Made by a program: the position numbers and the translations under genes. The notes under the pieces were generated by a model. It ran no database searches. It was given only the letters and a program-made list of their open reading frames with translations, and was not told the origin of the DNA. DNA of 64,000 bases from Octopus sinensis (lineage: Eukaryota), in assembly GCF_006345805.1 (NCBI RefSeq), contig NC_043008.1, forward strand, positions 62,868,001-62,932,000, in the 5' to 3' direction. Of the stretch, positions 54,231-64,000 are shown piece by piece (position 1 is the first letter of the stretch; every line of letters starts with the position of its first letter).

Positions 54231-55365
54231 TTAAAAAGCCTTATATGATATCATACATTGTATTTAACATGTCCAATCACTCAACCATTGATTTCGTACA
54301 TTACATTCTCCAGTTATCTATTTTACTTTTCCTACAGATCTTGTTCCTCAGAAATTTCACCAAACATACCAATACTCCTTTCTTTAATGTTTCAAAACAT
54401 TAACCTCTATGTTAAACTTTTTTTTTTCCTAGTCTTTCATTCCTCATAAAGCAACCATTCTGAAATATTTTGCTACCTCTATACACACCAGCTACCAAAA
54501 GTTCGAGCCAGCAATTTCAAAGCAATTACAAAGCCAAGTCATTGCTCCCTTTCTATGAAATAAAAAAGAAACATATAAACATATATGAAGGTAATCTTTC
54601 CAAATTTATAATAATTCGAAAACATATTTGTGAAATTAGGTTAGAAATGTCTCGATAGTGGAAACGTTGTAGACATTTGCAAACTAAAGAGATTATTGTG
54701 AATAACATAATTCTTTAGTCAGTCCCAATCTACAATACATGTGCAAGGATTTTTTACATTTTTATATATTTCTAGCAATATGTAATAACATAATGTCTTG
54801 TTATTGAGTCATATATTCGGAGCACATTTAATTTGTATTTTACATCAGAATAACTTGGTTAACCATTTCCCAAAATAGTCTTCCTAAAAGTTGTTTCGAA
54901 GATATTGTATTAAAGTTCTTTAAAAGTTAGAAATAAATTAAACACATTTTTGCCGTTTTCTTTTTCCATTTTGGTTACTCTTTATGTTTTCATGTTCCAA
55001 TTTTATGGGAACGTTTTATGTAGATTTTTATTCTTAATGGCACTTTCTAAGGAAATTATAGATAATTGCTCTTTGTAGTCCATCAGCAATAAATGCAAAA
55101 GGAGAATTCATTTTATTTTGAACATGATTCCTTATTTTGACACATTATTATATTTTATTATTTGTTACTAGGAAAAAATAGATATATTTTTCTGATTTTG
55201 TGTAAGAGAGTAGTGTAAAATACAGTCAATAGGAACACCAAATTTGAGATGCTGCTTCTTTTTCAGAGTAAATTTAATTAGATTTGAAGCATGTGAAAGT
55301 GCAATTTTGCTGAATAGCTTATTTAGATCCAGAAGTTATGTAAAACATATTTGTATTGTTAATAA

Positions 55366-55414
<49 letters not shown>

Positions 55415-55446
55415 GCAATAACAGTAATGGTAGTAATAATAATAAA

Positions 55447-55683
55447 ACATCAGGCCAAATAATCTCTATGATATACAAACACCAGGACTTAAGAATGTAT
55501 ATAACATACAGAAAATAACACTACTAGGAACCGCACGCATCCTATATAAAGCACTTTCAATACAGTGAAAATATGAGCAGAACAACAAACCACAGCCCAT
55601 ACCCAAGGCACACAGAGCTGTTCTCGGTAATGCAGTGAAAACACGTGATAAAAATAAGACTACTGAATAATAATAATAATAAT
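55447..55683 (+). mobile_element. 5'-truncated R4/Dong-like LINE 3' end within a (TAA)n tract
   Basis: TPGLKNVYNIQKITLLGTARILYKALSIQ* (stop 55566-55568), 3' UTR and (AAT)n tail; (TAA)n on the left flank. Confidence 0.75.
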
Positions 55684-55729
55684 GATGAAGGTGATGATAA
55701 TGGTGGTGGTAATGATTATAATAATAAAG

Positions 55730-55965
55730 AAGGCAGCTAGCTGGCAGAAACGTTAGCAAGCCGGGCGAAATGCTTAGCAGTATTTCGTCTGCAGCTACGT
55801 TCTGAGTTCAAATTCCGCTGAGGTCGACTTTGCCTTTCATCCTTTCGGGATCGATTAAATAAGTACCAGTTGCACACTGGGGTCGATATAATCGACTTAA
55901 TCCATTTGTCTGTCCTTTTTTGTCCTCTCTGTGTTTAGCCCCTTGTGGGTAGTAAAGAAATAGGT
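55730..55965 (+). mobile_element. SINE family B, full-length monomer
   Basis: AAGGCAGCTAGCTGGCAGAAACGTTAG…GAGTTCAAATTCC…AAAGAAATAGGT. Confidence 0.9.
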
Positions 55966-56279
55966 AATCATCATCATCATTTAGCGTCCGTTCTCCATGC
56001 TAGCATGGGTTGGACGGTTCAACTGGGGTCTGTGAAGTTGGAAGGCTTCATCAGGCCCAGTCAGATCTGGCAGTGTTTCTACGGCTGGATGCCCTTCCTA
56101 ACGCCAACCACTCCGTGAGTGTAGTGGGTAAAGATGATGATGATAATTATAATAAGGGTGATGATGATGATGATGATGAGGAGGAGGAGGAGGATTCCTT
56201 TATGCAGTACCAGGCAGTAGCCCATCCTGCTGAAACCTCACACATCGAATAGGCATGTTTTTGTCATAATTCAGGAACA

Positions 56280-57083
56280 AAGACATTGCTTACCATATCG
56301 ATGTAATGCTCAGAGTTCACAATAACAGCATTTCCATTATTTTCTTCAAAAAGGTAAGGACCAATAACAGCAGCTTTTCCAACAGCACATCAGATCATCA
56401 CTTGTGGGTAGTGGAGTTGTCTTTCGTGCAGTTTTCACGGATTTTCAGCAGTTCTGTTGATTCACCATCCCATTGAGATGAAAATGAGCTTCATCAAAGG
56501 GGTTTGTCATTTGCCTCAAAAATTGCTTCCATCTGACATGCGAAGTTAATCTGCTGTTCATAGTCCCATGGTTTCAACTGTTGCCCAAAGACCAATTTCT
56601 ACGAGTGGAAATGCAAGTCTTCATGCAAAATACACCTTACCGATTGATTACTGATGCCAAGTTCATTGGAATGCCTCTGAGCAGAGCGATTTGGACTCTG
56701 TATCAAAGCTTGTCTGATGCGTTCCACATTTTCCAGAGTCCATACCATTTTTGGCACCTTCATTGGTCTTTTATTCATTAGTGTACCTTGTGTACGAAGT
56801 ACATTCACCCAATGTAAAATTGAGTTATGGGTGGGAACAGCCTGATTTTGGTGAATGTTGAAGTGCCATAACTCACATGAAACTGCTGTGACAGACTCGT
56901 TATTCTTCATGTAAATTCGTAGGCAAACATATAATGATCTATCGTCCACAGTACCATGGCTTCACCTGAAAAGAAAAAATTCTATGGTTCCACAAACGGA
57001 ATGGTACCTGTCGGACATATGATCTCTCCTTGGTGCTGAGTAAAAGTAATTTCAAAAACATCCATCCTCTTTGCCCCACCCTG
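56280..57083 (-). mobile_element. rosa/DD41D-like Tc1/mariner relic
   Basis: TA|CAGGGTGGGGC terminus; ORF 56599-56949 (SPNRSAQRHSNELGISNQSVRCILHEDLHFH) and downstream SDEAHFHLNGMVNQQNC. Confidence 0.8.
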
Positions 57084-57094
57084 TATATACTGTA

Positions 57095-57760
57095 TATACA
57101 ATGTATTGAAAGTGGTAGAAATCTGTTACAAAATAACCACCATAGAATTACAGAAATACCTACTTCAGAAGCAAGGAAAACTGATACAAATAGCCACAAA
57201 ATACGAGAAAAAGAAAATCTGTTTTCTGTCCTTAAGGAAGCTGACAAATACAAAAACAGAAGTCATAGTACCAAACAACTATGAAATATGGAGAAAAAAA
57301 ATTAACAAGAAAAGCTGTAAAACAACTGAAATCCAAACTAAAACTGGAACGGTGACATATTATGATAAAAAAATGGCAAGAAAAGCCCCTTTCATGGCAA
57401 ATACTGGGTTAAGCTAAACAGAAAGAAATAGACAAAGCAAAATTTCGTTCATATTCCAGTTCAATGTGTTAAACTGGAATATGAACAAAATAGGGAAGAT
57501 TGACAGGAAAATCTGTGAGCTGCTGACTTGTAATAAGATGCACAACCCAAAGGCAGATGCAGATTGTCTTTACCTTCCCAGAGTTCGAGGAGGTCGAGGC
57601 TTGATCCAATTTGAAACTTCTGATAAAACCACGACAATTGGACTGGCCAAATATCTTGAGACATCTAATGACTGAAAGCTAAGACTCGTTAAAATCTATG
57701 ACTGACATTAGAAGCTTCATGAAGAAGAACAAAGAATTTACTAATGAGTTCATGCCTAAT
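57095..57760 (+). mobile_element. R4/Dong-like LINE fragments
   Basis: IELQKYL…KWQEKPLHGKYW and IDRKICELLTCNKMHNPKADADCLYLPRVRGGRGLIQ; two pieces out of order. Confidence 0.75.
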
Positions 57761-58418
57761 ATCCAGACTTTACTTCTTTCCTCTTTCTTTCTTCCTTTTC
57801 TTTCTGTCACATAATTCAGTAAATGAACAATTTGGTGTGTTTATTTTAATGGCCTACTAATGTATACAGTGAGTTTCTTTGCTCTAGGTGTTGGGAAGAC
57901 ACTTGGCAAGAAATGAAAACAAAATGTGAAGAACAAGGCATTAATAATAATAATAATGATGATGATGATGATGATGATGATGATAATAATAATAATAACA
58001 TAATTATTGCAATTAGTACTGCTACCAAACTGTTACCTAAGAGGCTGAAGAATATTGTAAATGAGACTTGCATCATCAACCTGCAAAGAAAAATGTAATT
58101 AAGTATTCTGCAATAAGAATCCAAAGAAAAATTCTTGTGATTTGAATGGACTTGTCCTAAAACTGTAAGAAAATATCATGCTCACTAATATAGCATGTAA
58201 CAGTTATATAATGATGTTAATAATATAAAACTTTCAGTAGGAATTACAAAAAAAAAAAAGAATTAAAACTACAGAATGTGAAAAACACCTGCAGCTATAA
58301 AAGGTAGGACGAGAAATGTTATACAATATATGGAAGGTTGTTATAAGAAGTTCAAAGACACAAACAATGATATATATAAATGCATATATATATACACATA
58401 TACTTGTATATACACATA

Positions 58419-59699
58419 TGAGGTGGTATCAAAATTTTTTTGGATTAATTCAGTAGCATGTCAACAATGGTAGCACACGGTTGTGTGCACAGTGATAATT
58501 AGCAGTGACCTCCACAAAGCAGTGTGTCAAGTGATATCACGGTGTTTACTTCACAAATTGTGAAATTTGTGATTTTGTGATCACATGTATGCTGTAGTCT
58601 GTGATTTTGTCATGGACAGGAACAAAGAGCCAGCATGAAATTTTGCATTAAACTTGGGAAATCTGCCACAGAGACATTAAGCATGTTTCAGAAAGCTTAT
58701 GGCAATGAGACAATGGGTTGTACGCAATGTATTAAGTGCCACGGGCACTTTGTAAAGTGGAGGGCTGTTCCTAGAACACGATGAGCAATTTGGAAGTCGT
58801 GCCACAAGAGTCACTTCCAGAAATATGGTACTGTGCTTCAAGAATTCTTTCCCCTAGGGTCAGCCCATCCATCAAGAATTCTACAGTGATATTTTGAAGC
58901 ATTTGAGGGTAAATATAACAAATAATCTAGAATCCTTGTCTGGTACCCGATCGATCCCAAAATTTAATCAGTTCGTGCCAGTCACGATGCCAAACATCTC
59001 TGAAAGTTTCATCTGAATCCATCCAGCAGTTCTTGAGATATCTTGTCCACGGAGAAACAAACAAACACAACTGAAAACAATACCTCTGCCTTCGCTAAGG
59101 CAGAGGTAACAATAATAATCCTTTCTACTATAGGCATAAGGCCTGAATTTGGGGGAAGAGACTAGTCGATTACATTGACCCCAGTACTCAACTGGTACTT
59201 AATTTATCGACCCCAAACGGATGAAAGGTAAAGTCAACCTCAACGGAATTTGAACTCAGGTGAAATACTTCGAAGCATTTCATCCAGCAAGCTCACAATT
59301 CTGCCAGCTTTCTGCTTTAATAATAATGATAATAATAATAGAAATAATGTGGAACACAATCAATATTAACATTTGGTGAAAGTGACCCAATCTGTGGAGC
59401 ACCAAAAACTGGATTCTTCACTGAACTCTCCTCACTTGTGAGTTTCTCTCCAAAATACATGGCATTGCTTCCACACCTGCCCTATTAACCATTGTCAAAA
59501 TCCAGAATGAATCACTGAAGGTCCTTGGCTTGCTTACAGAAAACGACTTCCAGGCCAAATTCCCAAAGTGGCAGGAATGCTGGAACCAGTGTATTGCTGT
59601 GCAACTGATTATTTTGAATGAGATGATGTTAAAACTTAAGTAAATAAGTTATTTTTTATTAAAATAACATCTCCAGATACTTTTTGATACCACATCGTA
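58419..59699 (+). mobile_element. mariner element with nested insertions
   Basis: TIRs TGAGGTGGTATCAAAA and TTTTGATACCACATCG; EQRASMKFCIKLGKSATETL N-terminus; C-terminal FQAKFPKWQECWNQCIA. Confidence 0.85.
58917..59110 (+). mobile_element. Non-autonomous Helitron/HINE-like element
   Basis: CCAAAATTTAATCAG…GAAAGTTTCATCTGAATCCATCCAGCAGTTCTTGAG…ACAAACAAAC, with 12-bp terminal hairpin TACCTCTGCCTT-CGCT-AAGGCAGAGGTA at 59081-59108. Confidence 0.65.
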
Positions 59700-59829
59700 C
59701 ATATGTGTACATACACTCACACACTTTTGCATGCAAATAATAATAAATATACAATAATACATAAAACATTAAAACATGATTTAATTACAGGTAATTAAAC
59801 ATGAATGGTTACTACTTCAGCTGAGTTTG

Positions 59830-61510
59830 GACAATCCATAGCACTATTCAATTTGCTATCTTTAAAATTATGATCGAGTGCAACTTAGATATTTGGAGCT
59901 GAAAAAGAAATTATCTTGGAGGTAGCTTTTCCCAAGTTTAATACAAAATCTTAATTTTACTTTTATTCATAATCTATCTTTTGCATGCTCTTTATGTATT
60001 AAACATAACTACATTTTTTTTTGTTCTAGCTTTGGAATGGTCTTGACACTGAAGATGCATTTGCTTGCTTGATTTTTGGAGGACTGATTTTTCGTCTATC
60101 ATCATTCTGTAAAATTTCTTCATTATTCCCCAGAGGAAGGGTGCCATCCTCACTTGGAAAAAATTAATGTTATTTTTTCTATTTTCATAGTTTTATTATT
60201 GCATCTTCATTTGTCTTCCTCGAAGTTTTGGCTGATGGCACTTCTGAATATGGAGTTTGTTATAATTATTACAGTTAATTTTCCATTATTTTTGTTTTCC
60301 ATGTTTTGCTTTATCTTTCTAGTTCGTCTAAATTTCAGATCTAACAAGTCTTCTACTTTGACAAATGGAATATCTAAATTTTCTACTCTGTGCCATTAAT
60401 TTCATGCCATTAATCTCAATGCTTTCTGTGAGGCACAGTTTCAGTATGACTCTGTGAACTTTGAGTGCCAAGACCATTCTGACTATCCTCGATGGTAATC
60501 CTTCCTTGATCACTGTCCTATAATGGGACACAAAATCACTACTAGCTATTGTTCCTTCTCGAGCCACGCCTGACTCATGAGGGCTGGTTTCCCGGTTTCC
60601 TTAGCATATAGCTTCCCCACCTCGATGGGATGCCAGTCCATCGCAGGTGAGCTGCAAGATGCAGGAGGAAAGAGTGAGAGAAAGTTGTGGCAAAAGAGTC
60701 AACAGAAGTTTTGCCATTACCTTCTGCTGGAGCCGCGTGGAGCTTAGGTGTTTCGCTCATAAACACACACATCACCTGGTCTGAGATTTGAACTCACAAT
60801 CCCTCCACTGCGAGTCCGTTGCTCTAACTACTAGGCCACGTGCCTCCACTACTAGCTTTGGCTCTACATTGTTTACTATGTCTCTTATTGACACGCCTGT
60901 GTTTCGTTGACCTATGCACTGGAGCATAAATGTATAGCCAGCAGCTTGTCTGACACTTACAGTCTGTGCTTCAGCTGTATTTTCAGTTCTAAAGATACAA
61001 CAGAAAGTACTTGAATGCTACTTTCAAGTACTGAGGTTGATATCATAAACTGAACTCTCTCCTTACAATTGCTGGAACTGCATCTAAATTTGAAAACATT
61101 ATCATCATTTTTGTTGTATTCTCATTGCTTCTGTTGTTATTAGTTTTGCTGATAATTTAAATAAAATAGCCAAGAATGCTGTGCTCTTATGTGATAAACT
61201 TTACAGATATGGATGTAATCAAGTTATACTGGCAAATTTCTTTAATCTCATAAGGGAGCTATGAAATCTACAGTTACAACTTGAAAAACTATAAAAATGC
61301 TGGCTATGGAATATTTTGAAGAGGACCACTTAGATAGAAGAACATAGAAAGTGAGCAGCCATCAATTATATTTATTGATCAGGTAACACATGCAATTTGA
61401 TGGATGACATCAGTGATGTCCATAGCAAAACCATGCCTGGTAAGTATCAGACTGCTATATTTGGTGAATGGTTTTGAGGAAGATATTTTCGGTGGAGAGA
61501 TCAGCTGTAA
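59830..61510 (-). pseudogene. Decayed S/N/K-rich coding-like region interrupted by a SINE
   Basis: Frame-hopping fragments: LISPPKISSSKPF…; APVHRSTKHRRVNKRHSKQCRAKASS|SINE|DFVSHY; DSDQGRITIEDSQNGLGTQSSQSHTET; LDIPFVKVEDLLDLKFRR; SEDGTLPLGNNEEILQNDDRRKISPPKIKQ. Confidence 0.4.
60548..60846 (-). mobile_element. SINE family C variant with 11-bp TSD
   Basis: CACTACTAGCT at 60537-60547 and 60847-60857; tRNA-like head GGAGGCACGTGGCCTAGTAGTTAGAGC. Confidence 0.9.
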
Positions 61511-62128
61511 ATTGTTCAGCAAATAGGCAAATTATATACGCAAATACGAAAGAATATGTAATGTGAATGATGTTTGGTGATGTCATCATTATCATCATCA
61601 TCATCTCATCATCATCAGCATCATCATATCATCATCATCATCATCATCATCATTGTTATCATCAATATCACCTTCATCAGTACCATCACTATACAACCGT
61701 AATTACATCACTTCCACCATCAACACCACAACTGATATCACCATCATCGTAAATTTCCTCCTCTCCCTCCTCCATCTCATCATCAACATCCTCGTCATTA
61801 TCATCATCACCATCAACGTCATCATCGTTATCGTCGTCATCATCATCATTATCATCATCACAGCCATCATTACAGTCATCATTAGCAACATAATCATTTT
61901 AACAAACATTTTTCTATGCTTGTATGGGCTGAACAGATTTAATGTAAATTTTCGATGACTTGATGCCCTTGCTGTTGCCAACCCTCACCTGTTTCCAAGC
62001 ATAAAAATAATTTTCTATGGCTAGATATGTTTCCCAGAACACTAGAAATAAATGACATTACCATGTAATGTCAGGCAAGGAAAAACAAACTAAACACGCA
62101 GAGAAACACAGACGTGTATAATGCATAC

Positions 62129-62185
<57 letters not shown>

Positions 62186-62250
62186 CACACACACACTCAC
62201 AAAGACGTGACAAAAGTAAATAGACACACTTATAATCATTAGAATTTATA

Positions 62251-64000
62251 TCATCATCATCATCATCATCATCATCATTTAACGTCCGCTTTCCATGCTA
62301 GCATGGGTTGGACGGTTCAACTGGGGTCTGGGGAGCCCGAAAGCTGCACCAGTCCAGTCAGATCTGGCAGTGTTTCTACAGCTGGATGCCCTTCCTAACG
62401 CCAACCACTCCGAGAGTGTAGTGGGTGATTTTATGTGCCACCGACACAGGTGCCAGACGAGGCTGGCAAACGGCCATGCTCGGATGGTGTTTTTTATGTG
62501 CCACCGAGACAGGTGCCAGATGAGGCTGGCAGACGGCCAAGCTCGGATGGTGTTTTTATGTGCCACCGACACAGGTGCCAGATGAGGCTGGCAAACGGCC
62601 ACGATCGGATGGTGCTTGTTACGTGCCCACAGCACGGAGGCCAGTCGATGCGGTACTGGCTACGGCCACGTTCGGATGGTTTTATTGTGTGCCACGTGCC
62701 ACCGGCACTGGTACCACAAAGATACAAATTCCATTGATGTTCATCTATTTTGATTTGTTTTGATTTTGATTTTCACTTGCCTCAACAGGTCTTCACAAGT
62801 GTCACAAGAAGGAAGGTATGTACAGGTGGACTGACTACGTCCCAGGTAGGCCCACGGGTTATGACCTGACTAGTCTTGCTGGGTCTTCGGATGGTGTTTT
62901 TTATGTGCCACTATGTTCCCACAGCACGGAGGCCAGTCGATGCGGTACTGGCTACGGCCACGTTCGGATGGTTTTCTTGTGTGCCACAGGCACTGGTACC
63001 ACAAAGATACAAATTCCATTGATGTTCATCTATTTTGATTGATTTTCACTTGCCTCAGCAGGTCTTCACAAGTGTCACAAGAAGGAAGGTATGCACAGGT
63101 GGATCGACTACGTCCCAGGTAGGGGCCACGGGATATGGCCTGACTAGTCCTGCCGGGTCCTCTCATGCACAGCACACTTCCATAGGACTCGGTCTTCAGT
63201 CATTTCTTTGGTGAGACCTAAAGTTCGAAGGTCGTGCTTCACCACCTCGTCCCAGGTTTTCCTGGGTCTACCTCTTCCACAGGTTCCCTCAACTGCTAGG
63301 GTGTAGCACTTTTGCACACAACTATCTTCAGCCATTCTCGTCACATGACCATACCAGCGCAGCCGTCTCTCTTGCACACCACAACTGACACTTCTTAGGT
63401 TCAACTTTTCTCTCAAAGTACTTACACTCTGACGATTATGAACACTGACATTACACATCCATCGGAGCATACTGGCTTCATTTCTTGCAAGCTTACGCAT
63501 ATCCTCAGCTGTCACGGCCCATGTTTCACTACCATGTAGCATGGCTGTACGTACACACGCATCATATAGTCTGCCTTTTACTCTTAGTGAGAGGCCTTTT
63601 GTCACCAGCAGGGGTAAGAGCTCTCTAAACTTTGCCCAGGCTATTCTTACTCTAGCAGTTACACTTTCAGCACACCCACCCCCGCTACTGACTTGGTCTC
63701 CTAGGTAGCGGAAGCTATCAACTACTTCTAGTTTGTCTCCCTGGAACGTGGTAGAAGTTGGTCTCTGCACATTTCCAGTGTTTATTTCTCTTGAGCATTG
63801 CCACAGACAAAAACTATTTTCTTAGTTAGCCTTCCTTTGACGTTGCTGCACCTCTTATGTGTCCATAGCTTACACTTGGTGCACCTTATAGAGTTTCTAC
63901 CTACACCTTTTTTACAGATCAAGCAGGGCCATCTACCTGAAGTCGTTTGTGGTTGGTCCACCTTCCTACTTATTAGGACTTTGGTTTTGGCTAGGTTGAT
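62251..64000 (-). mobile_element. Young RTE-clade LINE, 3' part (runs off the window)
   Basis: ORF2 C-terminus at 63144-63770 (LEVVDSFRYLGD, AMLHGSETW, RRLRWYGHV, GRGRPRKTW); frameshift at about 63798; 3' UTR with ~58-bp tandem units and an internal duplication; (GAT)n tail. Confidence 0.95.

Noticed and set aside
54630-54680. GGAAACGTTGTAG within a small hairpin as a degenerate hammerhead
   Set aside because: No CUGANGA core upstream
61383-61439. 57-nt plus-strand exon candidate ending in CTG|gtaagt
   Set aside because: No partner exons on the plus strand, and it overlaps a minus-strand coding-like frame; likely chance
62420-62700. ~58-bp regularly spaced units as a CRISPR-like array (also 5478-5645)
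   Set aside because: Contiguous tandem units without unique spacers, inside an RTE 3' UTR in eukaryotic DNA

Overview
AT-rich, repeat-dominated eukaryotic DNA. The SINE and LINE landscape looks like a coleoid cephalopod (Octopus-like); this is an inference from repeat recognition. No intact protein-coding gene is evident, and almost all ORFs in the track are microsatellite or SINE artefacts. Supported content: four tRNA-derived SINE families (labelled A-D here), RTE, R4/Dong-like and possibly Penelope-like retroelement fragments, Tc1/mariner/maT/rosa relics, a piggyBac-type MITE, Helitron pieces, and one tRNA-His(GUG) with stem mismatches. The most notable signal is two unrelated inverted-repeat elements (16447-16551 and 49300-49797), each encoding a complete type I hammerhead ribozyme on both strands. 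One pair shows a compensatory base-pair change between its arms, and both elements sit in the internal (TA)n tract of a family-A SINE. The DNA between repeats also carries many stop- and frameshift-interrupted coding-like segments, mostly on the minus strand and some with good splice signals, suggesting an unidentified decayed gene or large element.
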